The notes beneath the pieces are model-generated. The model was not told the DNA's origin. It saw nothing but the letters and a program-made list of their open reading frames with translations, and did not search any database. 64,000 bases of DNA from a virus. The stretch is from positions 4,977-68,976 of IMG/VR virus record IMGVR_UViG_3300035670_000170; one strand, given 5' to 3'. The position numbers and the translations under genes are program-made. How positions within the stretch are numbered: position 1 is the stretch's first letter; every line of letters begins with the position of its first letter. Shown here one piece after another: positions 37,975 through 48,226 of this stretch.

Positions 37975-39722
37975 TGGCTGCAATAGACTACATTGCTAAC
38001 GGAAATGGGTATTTATACGTTGTAGCCACGGACGGCACGACGGTTCTTCAATCTATACAAAACACTGTCGACGGGGCTTCCCGCGTCCGTCAGATCGGTT
38101 CCTACGTGTCGGCTATCGGCGCTAACCTACCGTCTTATGGCATTATTGCCGTTACGTCTGTTGACGCTGGAGGTGGTGACGTGGACACGCTGACTGTAAA
38201 CGGTGTTGCCATCATTGGCTCCCCTGTGACTATCACCGCTGGTGATACCGCGTCGGTTGTTGCGCTGAATGTAGCCAACGCCATTAACGCATACACCCCA
38301 TTGTCGGGGCCAAAGTATCTGGCACGTAACAGTGGAACAAAGATTTATTTGTATGCCCCTATCGAACAGGCGTCAACACCTAATGGGTACGCCATTGTTA
38401 TATCCGGTGACGGGGCGTCGACGTACTCAACTACGGCTTTTTCAGGTGGGGTAACGTCGTCATCCAATATCTACGACACTAAGATTGGACGTCGGTTCTT
38501 TATCAACGCTAACTTCGATGCTTCGGGTTGTGCGTGTGGTGAAAGTGCAGGGCCGGGCGACCTGACCAACGCCATTGAGATTACCGAGTATATCATTGTC
38601 ACGGGTATAAACGGTTCGTTGCAGCGCGAAACGGCTACCATCGACAGCGTGGGGGCTATCAGCAACACAACCCGCTATGGGGTGCTTACGGTGGTTGATG
38701 TGGATACCAATTCGGGCGCGGCAACAGACAACCTTGACAACATCTTCTACGCAGCCGCCGACGGGGACATCCTTATTATCAAAGAGGGTTCGGGCAACAC
38801 CATCACCATTAGGCACAATGAGGGTAACATCAGACTTGCGGGGGCAGCTAACAAGACCATTGACGCTGACAGCTACGACGCCATCTTCTTGCAGTATAAC
38901 GCAGAGAACGCCTACTGGGAGGAAATCAGCGGTAAGAACGCCATGCCGTCTGTCGCTACCGCACGTGCCGCAGGTCAGCCTTGGTTGACACCCACACTGT
39001 ATGGCACCGCGTCCATAACGGCGGCTAATAACACTACGGTAACATACACCGTAAACACCGACAACAGGATTATTGATATTACGGGTACGTTAACCCTTTC
39101 AAGCGGAAACTTTGCCGTTGCGTTCAGCACGTCAGGGGCTATCAAAGGCGACACGTTCATTGTCCGTTACAATGCGAATATCACCATTGGTGCCTATCAG
39201 GTTACTATCGGCGGTAAGGCGCTGACGGCACACGAATCCCTAAAGGGTGGGTTGATATTGGAGATTGAGTTCAACGGAACGTCGTGGGATGTGAGTATCC
39301 TGTATAGCTTTGATAGCGGCTACCGCATCGGCACGGATGATATTCTTGATGCCAATGTTACTGTCCCTAAGCTGGAATCAGACCTTCAGATTGAGGACAG
39401 GGATTTGCCTGTTAGCTTTGAAACGGATGAGGTTGGGGATATGAAGATTAAGATGGGGTACCCCGGCGCTGTGAGCCTTGTGACGGCATACGTTACAAAG
39501 GCCATTGCGGCTACCGACGATGCTACTATTGTTTGTAAGGACAATGCTGCGGCAAGCATGGGGACTATCACCCTTACGGCAAGTTCGGCTATCGGCACTG
39601 CGTTTACGCTAACCCCTTCGTCTAACAACACCTTTGTCGCTGGTGACGTGCTTACGTTTACTACGGCAAAGTCCACTAAGGGAGGTAAGGCACACCTAAG
39701 TATTAAGATTACACGTTCGTAA
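37974..39722 (+). CDS. virion structural protein (fibre/spike candidate)
   Basis: 582 aa, Gly/Ala/Thr-rich beta protein. Confidence 0.6.
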   Translation: MAAIDYIANGNGYLYVVATDGTTVLQSIQNTVDGASRVRQIGSYVSAIGANLPSYGIIAVTSVDAGGGDVDTLTVNGVAIIGSPVTITAGDTASVVALNVANAINAYTPLSGPKYLARNSGTKIYLYAPIEQASTPNGYAIVISGDGASTYSTTAFSGGVTSSSNIYDTKIGRRFFINANFDASGCACGESAGPGDLTNAIEITEYIIVTGINGSLQRETATIDSVGAISNTTRYGVLTVVDVDTNSGAATDNLDNIFYAAADGDILIIKEGSGNTITIRHNEGNIRLAGAANKTIDADSYDAIFLQYNAENAYWEEISGKNAMPSVATARAAGQPWLTPTLYGTASITAANNTTVTYTVNTDNRIIDITGTLTLSSGNFAVAFSTSGAIKGDTFIVRYNANITIGAYQVTIGGKALTAHESLKGGLILEIEFNGTSWDVSILYSFDSGYRIGTDDILDANVTVPKLESDLQIEDRDLPVSFETDEVGDMKIKMGYPGAVSLVTAYVTKAIAATDDATIVCKDNAAASMGTITLTASSAIGTAFTLTPSSNNTFVAGDVLTFTTAKSTKGGKAHLSIKITRS

Positions 39723-39958
39723 TGGTTCGGGTGTACGATATGGGCGTTAAGCTTGGATTGTTAAGGGTTGTTGTTGGTAGCGACAGTGTGTATATTTTGG
39801 AAAAGAGTTCAGCCTATGTGTATGCCGAGGGTGGCGTTATCATTGTTGGTGATGCGGACAGGGAGGTGAATTTCCCCGCGCCCGATTTGCTATTGCCAGA
39901 GGGTAACACGGTGGATGAAAAGGTTGTTGGGATAAGGGCTATGATAGACAACACGTAA
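39722..39958 (+). CDS. hypothetical protein
   Basis: 78 aa, TAATG overlap. Confidence 0.65.
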   Translation: MVRVYDMGVKLGLLRVVVGSDSVYILEKSSAYVYAEGGVIIVGDADREVNFPAPDLLLPEGNTVDEKVVGIRAMIDNT

Positions 39959-39962
39959 GACA

Positions 39963-40757
39963 ATGGCAATCAACGTAGATACATTCAAGCAGTTTGTGGA
40001 CGCCGTTTCCAACAAGAACGGCAAAGGGACTGTCACACCACAGCAGTTCAACCTGTACGTTAACAGGGCGTTGATGGAGTGGACGATGAAGCAGTACGGC
40101 AATGAGGACGAATACCAATTCGGGCGCCCCATCCCCCGTTATGCCTACGAAATGACAACCAACATCACAGACAACCTAAGACACCTAAAGGAAGTCCGTG
40201 AGTTCAACGTCCCATCAGACGGTAAGGTAAGCATCCCCGACGGGTCAACAGTAAAAGACAGGTTCGGGAAGGTATGCCCCAAGTACATGAACTTCTCCTC
40301 CGCGCGCACCACATACAAGGTTTACGAAGGGACAACAGACAACGACATCTGCGGGTTTACGCCAAAGAAGCCCGAAGACAGACCAGTAAAGACTTACGAA
40401 AAGGAAGTACAGCTATTGCGCGATGATGAGATAGCCACCTACCTTGACAGCACTATTGTGTATCCGTCGGTATCTTACCCAAAATGCTCACTTTTTGGGT
40501 CTTATTTACAGATATGGCCCAAAAAGGGTCTGCAACAGGTTACGTTAACATACTTGCGTCAGCCCAACGAAGTATTATGGGCGTTCACCACACAGAACGG
40601 TCGCCCCGTGTACGATGCGGCGAACAGCGTGGACATTGACGCACCGGACAAGGCGTTTAACAGAATCGCCATGAACGTGCTTTCTTTTCTTGGTATATCC
40701 ATCAGGGAAGATCAACTGTTTCAGTATGCGGAACTCAATAAAAGCAAGGGTGTTTAA
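39963..40757 (+). CDS. tail ring/connector protein
   Basis: NK...G.VTPQQFN..., LTYLRQP..V.W; size and position match crAss-like ring proteins. Confidence 0.65.
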   Translation: MAINVDTFKQFVDAVSNKNGKGTVTPQQFNLYVNRALMEWTMKQYGNEDEYQFGRPIPRYAYEMTTNITDNLRHLKEVREFNVPSDGKVSIPDGSTVKDRFGKVCPKYMNFSSARTTYKVYEGTTDNDICGFTPKKPEDRPVKTYEKEVQLLRDDEIATYLDSTIVYPSVSYPKCSLFGSYLQIWPKKGLQQVTLTYLRQPNEVLWAFTTQNGRPVYDAANSVDIDAPDKAFNRIAMNVLSFLGISIREDQLFQYAELNKSKGV

Positions 40758-40774
40758 TTCGTAAATTTGTAATT

Positions 40775-40816
40775 ATGAAAAAGGGAACAAAGAAAGGCGG
40801 CAAGGGCTGTAAGTGA
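40775..40816 (+). CDS. 13-aa basic micro-ORF MKKGTKKGGKGCK
   Basis: TAAATTTG promoter element directly upstream; TGATG overlap with the next gene. Confidence 0.45.
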   Translation: MKKGTKKGGKGCK

Positions 40817-41076
40817 TGGAAAAGCCATTTCACGGGTACAACAAGAAGCGCCATGCCAAATCGGGCGGCCTCAATGACAAGTTCAGGAGGCAATACAACC
40901 GTGAGCATGGTTCAAACCTAAAGCGTCCTGTGACGCAAAAGAATGTCGACCCAAACAGCAAAGCGGGTAAGCGAAGAAAAAGTTTCTGCGCAAGAATGAG
41001 GGGCGTGCAAGGCCCAACAAGTAAGGACGGCAAATTAACCCCCAAGGGGGCTGCATTAAAACGATGGAGGTGTTGA
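40816..41076 (+). CDS. small basic phage protein (RRKSFCARM type)
   Basis: GGLN...R..YNR..GSNLK.PV...RRKSFCARM.G...AL.RW.C. Confidence 0.75.
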   Translation: MEKPFHGYNKKRHAKSGGLNDKFRRQYNREHGSNLKRPVTQKNVDPNSKAGKRRKSFCARMRGVQGPTSKDGKLTPKGAALKRWRC

Positions 41077-41228
41077 TGAAAAAGGGATTATACCACAACA
41101 TACACGCGAAGAGAAAGCGAATTGCAGAAGGTTCCGGTGAGCGCATGAGAAGCGTTGGCGAAAAGGGCGCTCCATCAAAAGCAGACTTCATCAAGTCGGA
41201 AAAAACAGCTAAAACAAGGAAGCGATAA
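41076..41228 (+). CDS. small basic phage protein (50 aa)
   Basis: MKKGLYHNIHAKRKRIAEGSGERMRSVGEKGAPSKADFIKSEKTAKTRKR; stop/start overlaps at both ends. Confidence 0.7.
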   Translation: MKKGLYHNIHAKRKRIAEGSGERMRSVGEKGAPSKADFIKSEKTAKTRKR

Positions 41229-41845
41229 TGGCTACAAAAAGGTCTTTAGCGGAACAGATACTACTAACGCTAAACAAACGTAGCGCGTCAAGGAACGTAG
41301 ACATCAGGGAGATAATCCTTTCTGTGGAGCAAGCCCTTGCGAACGTAATTAGGGTACGATACTTTGAAGGTAAAGCGGAGGAAACAGGTGAGATCAACGG
41401 TGCTTTGGTTAATACATTCCGCGACATCCCTGTTCTTGAAGACAGTGAACTATGCGCTTACTATTCAGAAATACCTGCACGAACGATTGACCTACCTCAT
41501 GGAATTGACATACGCCTTGTGGCTGCGATGAAAGACACCCGCAGGGGGTATGTGGAGGTTCCTAATGGGTTTGAGGGTTTGTTCGCGGGACTGGAAAGCT
41601 ATTCACTGGCGGGGCGCATAGGCTTCTACCGTGACGGCAACAGGCTGTACTACGTTAACATGAATTACGACAAAGCCCCGAAGTCCGTTGTGATAAAGAT
41701 GGTTGCTGGCATATCCTCACTGGGGGAAGACGAACAGCTAAACATTCCATCGGATATGGAGGCACAGGTTATTCAGTACGTCGTGCAGCTTTACGGGGCT
41801 ATGCCACAGGAGGATATTGTTAACGATAACGTCGATCAACCATGA
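41228..41845 (+). CDS. tail ring/structural protein
   Basis: 205 aa in the tail operon. Confidence 0.55.
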   Translation: MATKRSLAEQILLTLNKRSASRNVDIREIILSVEQALANVIRVRYFEGKAEETGEINGALVNTFRDIPVLEDSELCAYYSEIPARTIDLPHGIDIRLVAAMKDTRRGYVEVPNGFEGLFAGLESYSLAGRIGFYRDGNRLYYVNMNYDKAPKSVVIKMVAGISSLGEDEQLNIPSDMEAQVIQYVVQLYGAMPQEDIVNDNVDQP

Positions 41846-42570
41846 AGACATTTACCCTTGATAGCATAGTCCGTGAATATATGATTCAGCGTGGCGACGA
41901 AATGGTTAACAGGTCGTATGCCAGACTGTATCAGTTAGCCGTGTTGGGGCTGCGGGACATCTACCACGATAAGCCCGTTGCCAACAAGGAGATACCACTT
42001 GACGTTAACGAAGACCATACCGTTACACTACCCAACGACTTTATCAAACTGCGCCGCCTGTACATCATTGCAGCCGGACAGCGTATCGCCATAGGGCTAA
42101 ACGAGAACATGGCGCTCCCCACAAAGAACGACTGTGGCGACGACGTGGTAGACCAGCCATCCGACGACACCACCCCCGCATGGATTTACCCGTTTTACGG
42201 CATTGAGTACACGCAGTTCGGTGTGGGTGGTTCGTTCAACAAATACGGGTACTACCGCATATTCCCTGAACTGGGGTATATCGCATTGCAGATGAACATA
42301 GACTTTGACAGCGTGGTGATGGAGTATGAAGCCGACATTGAAACTGTTGGTGATGACTACGTTGTAGCGCCATACGATGTGGAGGCACTAAAGGCGTGGA
42401 TATTCTGGAAGGACATTCAGTTTAACAAGCGCATGACCCAACAGGCACTTGTAGCGAAGCGGGAATATCAGTTGGAGAAGCTACGTGCAGCTAAGCGCCA
42501 TAATGCCCTGAACGCCCCTGATATGATACGGGCAATCAAGAGTGGATTTATGAGCGCACCGAAGATTTAA
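41842..42570 (+). CDS. tail ring/tubular protein
   Basis: LPNDFIKL motif, directly before the muzzle gene. Confidence 0.6.
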   Translation: MKTFTLDSIVREYMIQRGDEMVNRSYARLYQLAVLGLRDIYHDKPVANKEIPLDVNEDHTVTLPNDFIKLRRLYIIAAGQRIAIGLNENMALPTKNDCGDDVVDQPSDDTTPAWIYPFYGIEYTQFGVGGSFNKYGYYRIFPELGYIALQMNIDFDSVVMEYEADIETVGDDYVVAPYDVEALKAWIFWKDIQFNKRMTQQALVAKREYQLEKLRAAKRHNALNAPDMIRAIKSGFMSAPKI

Positions 42571-42584
42571 GGTATCTTTGTCGT

Positions 42585-45500
42585 ATGCTTGATAAAAGGA
42601 TTTTCGTTGGTGGTATGGACTTTGACAGCGACGACAGGCTCGTTGAACAAGGGGACTACCGCTACGCCCTTAACGTCATGTCATCCAAAAACGACAAGGG
42701 TGACAACGGCACGTTGGTAAATGCCAAGGGCGACGTGGAGATACCGTTTGACCTACCCGCCGGAAACAACAGGTGCATAGGCTCTTACGAAAACAAGGCC
42801 ACACGGAAAGTCTACTTTTGGAACTGGAACGATTCAGGCAACCACGGTATTTACGAATATGATGTAGACCAGTCTACCGTTACTACGGTGATGGTGTCGT
42901 CCGTGCTTAACTTAAACTTAGATTTCAAGGTTGTCCATGCGGACATGGTTGACGACCTGTTGTTTTGGGTTGACGGCCTAAACCACCCACGGATGGTTAA
43001 TGTAAGCCGTGCCAAATCGGGCGCCTACCCAACCCCCTTGCTGGAATCGTACATCAACAACATCGTCCCACAGCCAGTAATGGCACCCGTGATACAGTAC
43101 ACCACTGACACAGCCCGTAAGACAAACAACTTGCGCGGGAACCTCTTTCAGTTTAAGACACAGTATCAGGACGTAGACGACAGGCGCAGCGCATGGAGTA
43201 CGGTTAGTAAAATATCACAGCCACCATACGCAGACCAGTACGACAGGATTCAGGCGGTGATAGACCCATCGGTGAACAACGCCATTGACCTAACGATAGA
43301 AACAGGGAGCGCCCTGATTAGGAAGATACGCATAGCCGTAAGGGTTGGTAACAACGCAGACTTTTACTTGGTTGATACCATTGACAAGGACGACCCATCG
43401 ACATGGGTAGACGGCGTGCAGCCACAGGATAACAGCACCTATGTATTTCGGTTCTACAACGACATTGCCCCGACAGCCATTGACATAACTGAATCGAACA
43501 AGCCATACGACTTTGTTCCACTGGTGGCGCATACACAGTCGCTACTTGACGGCCAGCGCCTTGGATATGCCAATATCGAAGAAGGCTTTGACAATGTACC
43601 ACTGAACGTATTTGCATCGGTGTTTAGAACGGAAAGACAGAACGTTGCTGGGCTTTCGGGTCAGATAAACGGTATAGGTATTAAGATTGACGGTGTAGAC
43701 CAGACCACGGGCGATTTCCCGTCTTTCACATCTGACACGTATTCCAATGATCTTACGGTTTCAAGCGATGACGCGCTAATCCTGAACTCAATAATCGGGG
43801 GAACGAACCTAAAGACTGAGTATTACATATCCGGGGCATGGAACGAAGGCGACGTGGTTAGTGTTGCATATACCGTTGCGGTGCGGTATGGCACACTTAA
43901 TGACGGGGCCATAGCTTATTCAGACAAAACAAAAACAGTAACACTTACACACATAGTAACTGCCGCCGATGCCGCTAATATATCTGTCCTTAACAACAGC
44001 ATCATATCGCAGCTAAACTCGCCAAGCGTTCTCGGTCAGGTTTCTCAAATATCCGAAAGCGGCTTCTTTAATTTACAGTCGTCAATCGCATCGGCAATAC
44101 CGAATCAGTTTGGTATAGGCTGCGAAATAAACACATCTGTATCGTCAATTCTTGACCTATCGCCAGTACGCGGGGTTCAGACCATAACCGGCAAGGTAAC
44201 GGTTCTTAGGGCGTCAATAGCGGGAACGCAGATTAACAGCTACAAGTCCGGTTCGCGACACGCACTGGGCATTGTTTACTACGACTATGCCGGACGTTAC
44301 GGGAAAGTTAACGCAGATAGCAGCACGGAGGTTTACGTGCCATTTGCCACTGAAGATGACGTGATAGGTTCTTCGGTTATACGCCTAACCATAGGGCATA
44401 CACCCCCTGTGTGGGCGACGCACTATCAGATTGTTTATGCGGGGAACTCGCAGACAAATAGGTTTATCCATACGCGCATAGGTACTGTAACAGCACAAAC
44501 AAATAATAGATGGAAGATAAACGTAAACCCAATAATCCGGTACAACGAAGGGTACAACAACGTCCCAATACTTTCGTATTCATTCACCAAGGGTGACAGG
44601 ATTCGTGGTGTTTGGAAGACCACGCCCACGGGAATACAGGTGTTTGACGATTTTATTGAGTACGAAGTGTTGGGCTTTGATGAAAGCACGTATGAGATAA
44701 CCGTTTCTGGCGACAGCACGGGTGCTATGATACTGACGTCAGGCAACATGGTGGAGATATTCACCCCAAAGAAAAGCGTTGAACAGCGGTTCTTCTACGA
44801 AACGGGTGATGTGTTTAAGATTGTTGGGGGATACCATCAGGGGAACCTACAAAACCAAACAGCGTCACAACCCGCCATACTTGATGTCAATAGTGGTGAC
44901 GTATGGGTAAGGCCGCGTAAATACAACTATGTGGTGGGCTATTCGTTTGGCTCCAGCGATATTATTATTGAGGACTTTTCGTACTCTGACTTTTACACAT
45001 CAAACTACTGGAACAGGGGCAGGGCTAACAACATTGACCGTTCATTCGGGCGTGTAAAAAGACCCACCACGGCCTACTATACAGAGGTGTTTATCCCTGA
45101 AACGCAGGTCAATGGATTGTCCAACATCTTCCCTGAAAGTTTTAGGACTTACGACATCCGGTACGGTGACGTCCTGCGGCTGTACAGCCTTGGCGACAGG
45201 GTTGTTGTTTTTCAGAACTTCAGGGTCGGTCAGGTGTTGGTTAACAAAGAGGTTCTGTACGACAGCACTGGCGGTCAGTCGGGTGCCGTGGAAAGGCTCA
45301 ATCAGGTGTTGTCACAGATCAGCTACTTTGGTGGGGAGTATGGCATCACTAACCCCGAAAGCATGGCTATCTATGGTAAGTCCATTTACTTTGTGGATAG
45401 CAACCGTGGGGCTGTGCTTCGTATCGGCGGTGACGGCATAACCCGCATCAGTTCATCCGAACAGGCACAGGTGGATTCCTATAAGATGAATACCTACTTT

Positions 45501-46223
45501 GTCCCACGCCTAAACAAGCTAAAGACAGGGGGGTTCTGCCGTGGGGTGTACAACAGGGATAATGAAGAATACATCCTCTGTTTTAGCGACTATGAAACAT
45601 TCACGCAGACTGTCGTTGTAAGACCCGAAACAAGGCCACTGCCAGCGCGTGTTGTGCCGCGTGGGGTAACGCCAAGCACGGAAAGCGTTGTGACGACGTT
45701 TGTTAACAACGGTGGTGGTGAAACAATATCGTTCAGTGAGGCGAAGAACAGGTGGGTGACGTTCTATTCGTGGGTAGCTGAATGGGCTAATGAAGCTGGC
45801 ACTGGTTATGTGAGTTGGCAAAACGGGCGCCTCTACCTTCACAACGCCTCACAGCAACGCAACGTATTCAGGGGCAACCCAAGTTACAGTCAGGTGACGG
45901 TAGCCTTTAACGCCCAACCAACAGACATCAAGTTCTTCATAAACCAAATCCAAGAGGCCACGTCAGTATGGCGTAACGAAAGGATATACAACCAATTTGG
46001 TCAGGAGAGCAACCTAATTGAGATGGACTTCGATGAGTTTGAGGGCGTGTACAAAGCCACGTATATGCGTGATGCCAACACCCCAAACGTCGATTTCCCG
46101 CTGATAAACGGTGATTCACTACGTTGCCACAGCCTTATTTGCGAATTGGTCAATGAATTGGAAACAGAGGCTAAGTTATTTGCAGTTTCATGCCGATATG
46201 CAAATAGCGAGTTGAACAACTAA
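42585..46223 (+). CDS. tail stabilization/muzzle protein
   Basis: F.GGM..D.D.RL...G.YR.ALN N-terminus, LLFWVDG.N.PR.VN, FFYET, YFVD.NRGAVLR, WVTFYS, EG.Y; 1212 aa. Confidence 0.78.
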   Translation: MLDKRIFVGGMDFDSDDRLVEQGDYRYALNVMSSKNDKGDNGTLVNAKGDVEIPFDLPAGNNRCIGSYENKATRKVYFWNWNDSGNHGIYEYDVDQSTVTTVMVSSVLNLNLDFKVVHADMVDDLLFWVDGLNHPRMVNVSRAKSGAYPTPLLESYINNIVPQPVMAPVIQYTTDTARKTNNLRGNLFQFKTQYQDVDDRRSAWSTVSKISQPPYADQYDRIQAVIDPSVNNAIDLTIETGSALIRKIRIAVRVGNNADFYLVDTIDKDDPSTWVDGVQPQDNSTYVFRFYNDIAPTAIDITESNKPYDFVPLVAHTQSLLDGQRLGYANIEEGFDNVPLNVFASVFRTERQNVAGLSGQINGIGIKIDGVDQTTGDFPSFTSDTYSNDLTVSSDDALILNSIIGGTNLKTEYYISGAWNEGDVVSVAYTVAVRYGTLNDGAIAYSDKTKTVTLTHIVTAADAANISVLNNSIISQLNSPSVLGQVSQISESGFFNLQSSIASAIPNQFGIGCEINTSVSSILDLSPVRGVQTITGKVTVLRASIAGTQINSYKSGSRHALGIVYYDYAGRYGKVNADSSTEVYVPFATEDDVIGSSVIRLTIGHTPPVWATHYQIVYAGNSQTNRFIHTRIGTVTAQTNNRWKINVNPIIRYNEGYNNVPILSYSFTKGDRIRGVWKTTPTGIQVFDDFIEYEVLGFDESTYEITVSGDSTGAMILTSGNMVEIFTPKKSVEQRFFYETGDVFKIVGGYHQGNLQNQTASQPAILDVNSGDVWVRPRKYNYVVGYSFGSSDIIIEDFSYSDFYTSNYWNRGRANNIDRSFGRVKRPTTAYYTEVFIPETQVNGLSNIFPESFRTYDIRYGDVLRLYSLGDRVVVFQNFRVGQVLVNKEVLYDSTGGQSGAVERLNQVLSQISYFGGEYGITNPESMAIYGKSIYFVDSNRGAVLRIGGDGITRISSSEQAQVDSYKMNTYFVPRLNKLKTGGFCRGVYNRDNEEYILCFSDYETFTQTVVVRPETRPLPARVVPRGVTPSTESVVTTFVNNGGGETISFSEAKNRWVTFYSWVAEWANEAGTGYVSWQNGRLYLHNASQQRNVFRGNPSYSQVTVAFNAQPTDIKFFINQIQEATSVWRNERIYNQFGQESNLIEMDFDEFEGVYKATYMRDANTPNVDFPLINGDSLRCHSLICELVNELETEAKLFAVSCRYANSELNN

Positions 46224-46242
46224 TTACTATCTTTGTGGTAAT

Positions 46243-46923
46243 ATGACTATTCCATTCGCAGTAATTCCCGCAGCACTTCAGACCGCGTTAGGCATTGGTC
46301 AGGCTATTGGTGGTGCCGTGTCGCTATCAAAGCAGCAGCGCCCCACGTATGAAATCCCAAAGGAGATTCAGCAAAACGTGGCACAGGCACAGGCTTTAGC
46401 GACAGAGGGGTTGGGGGCGCAGCAGGAACAGTATATGCGCCAGCAGGTTGAACGTGGCACGTCAGCGGCTTTGCAGACGGGTACGGAACGTGGCGCCGGA
46501 TTCGCTGGACTTGGTGGTGTATTACAAGCGCAGAACGACGCCTTTATGAATATCGCCATGCAGGATGAGATGTTGCGTAAGCAGCGTTTGTCGGAGGTGG
46601 CTGACGCCAAGGGTGTACTTGCAAGCTACAAAGACATGGCGTTTGAACTTAATAAGTTGATGCCATATCAGGAAAAGGTTGCCGCTGCACAGGCTAATAT
46701 CGGTGCTGGTATGCAGAATATCGGAGGGGCGTTAAAAACGTTGGCTATTATGTCACCCGACAAGTCGATTAACATAGGCGGTAACGGCAATCGTTCACAG
46801 CAGCCAACGCAGACGCCGTCGCAAACCATGCCAGTTCCAACGGGTGGAGCAAGCGCATTTGACCCTTACGGGTTCTTTATGTCACAGGCGCAAAACTTCC
46901 TGATGCAACCGCGCAAGATTTAA
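46243..46923 (+). CDS. putative ejection/cargo protein
   Basis: Ala/Gly/Gln-rich with a hydrophobic N-terminus, follows the muzzle gene. Confidence 0.55.
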   Translation: MTIPFAVIPAALQTALGIGQAIGGAVSLSKQQRPTYEIPKEIQQNVAQAQALATEGLGAQQEQYMRQQVERGTSAALQTGTERGAGFAGLGGVLQAQNDAFMNIAMQDEMLRKQRLSEVADAKGVLASYKDMAFELNKLMPYQEKVAAAQANIGAGMQNIGGALKTLAIMSPDKSINIGGNGNRSQQPTQTPSQTMPVPTGGASAFDPYGFFMSQAQNFLMQPRKI

Positions 46924-46930
46924 GCAATAA

Positions 46931-48226
46931 ATGGCAGCACCAACATCAGTAGGCATAGGCACCGGTACAGCACAGGTTATTGACACAACCCCCGTAGCCG
47001 AAGCGTTTTTGCAATACGGTCAGGAAAAGGCAAAGAAAGCCGAACTTGCTAAGAAACAAGCGCAAAACGAATTACTTGCGCTTAAGGACAAGCAGGGGTG
47101 GGCTATCCGTGATGCACAGGAGTATCAGAACGCATACAACCAAATACTAAACAAGTACGAAGGTCAGTGGGAGCAGGTGTACAACGACCCAGCAAAGATG
47201 AATGAGTACCTTTCGGATATGGCTGCGTATAAGTCCCTTATTGATAATTCTAACGAACAGAAAGAATTGATGAAGGGTGTTACGCAGATATACAGTAACG
47301 AAAAGAACAAAGACCCAAACGAAAGATATTACTCGGACGAGCAGCTTGCTAAGTACGAAGATGTAATGACAAACCCTAAGTACCTGTACGATAGGGATGC
47401 TTTTCAGAAAGTTTATTTGGAACTGACCACTCCAACCATGAACCTAAAGAATCCGGTTCAGATGGTGTTGGAAGATATTGACGCCAAACCCCAAAACCAC
47501 TTAGTAACAACAGGGGGCGGCGGCTATAATGAGCAGGGAGGTTATTCTTACTCTTACGGAAACCAGAAAGTTGACTTGGTGAAGTGGGGCAACGCAGTTA
47601 GGAACAAGTATAAGAATGACCTTTTGTTTAAGGCGTCAGTTGACAAAAACTATGGGGACATTGATTCGTTTGTGGCTGAACTGCCAAACATTTATTCTAC
47701 TACCGATAGTTCGTTTTCCAAATCACCGCTTGGAGGTAAGGGCGCCGACGACCAGCTATATGTTGACGGCACCACTACTGAAGACTTTGAGTTGGAAACA
47801 TCAGCAGAAAGCGGGTTTAAGCCTTGGGAAACTGTAAAAACAACGTACAAAGCATACACGCTGCCGTCAACGCTTGAAACAACCATTTCACTTGGTTCAG
47901 ACGCCATTGACGCAACAACCGGAAGGAAGACGGATGAGTTCACGGGTCAAAATGACGTGGTGATAACAAAAGCCATGTTTAATCCAGCAAGCGGCGATTA
48001 TTCAGTGCTTGTAGCCACAACCAGCAAGACGCTTGTTAATGTTGGTGGCAAGGAGCAGGTGAAGGAAATTTCCAAAAATGCTATTGTACCATTCAAGCAG
48101 GTTGAAAACAAGCTGATTGCACAGTACGGTAAAGAACAGGTTGAGGAACTAAAGCGTAAGCTTAGGGAACTTCCGACAGGCGACGGTGGTTCAGGAACAT
48201 CAAGCACTAAGAAACCATTACCATAA
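46931..48226 (+). CDS. putative ejection/cargo protein
   Basis: 431-aa helical protein between the small and giant cargo genes. Confidence 0.5.
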   Translation: MAAPTSVGIGTGTAQVIDTTPVAEAFLQYGQEKAKKAELAKKQAQNELLALKDKQGWAIRDAQEYQNAYNQILNKYEGQWEQVYNDPAKMNEYLSDMAAYKSLIDNSNEQKELMKGVTQIYSNEKNKDPNERYYSDEQLAKYEDVMTNPKYLYDRDAFQKVYLELTTPTMNLKNPVQMVLEDIDAKPQNHLVTTGGGGYNEQGGYSYSYGNQKVDLVKWGNAVRNKYKNDLLFKASVDKNYGDIDSFVAELPNIYSTTDSSFSKSPLGGKGADDQLYVDGTTTEDFELETSAESGFKPWETVKTTYKAYTLPSTLETTISLGSDAIDATTGRKTDEFTGQNDVVITKAMFNPASGDYSVLVATTSKTLVNVGGKEQVKEISKNAIVPFKQVENKLIAQYGKEQVEELKRKLRELPTGDGGSGTSSTKKPLP

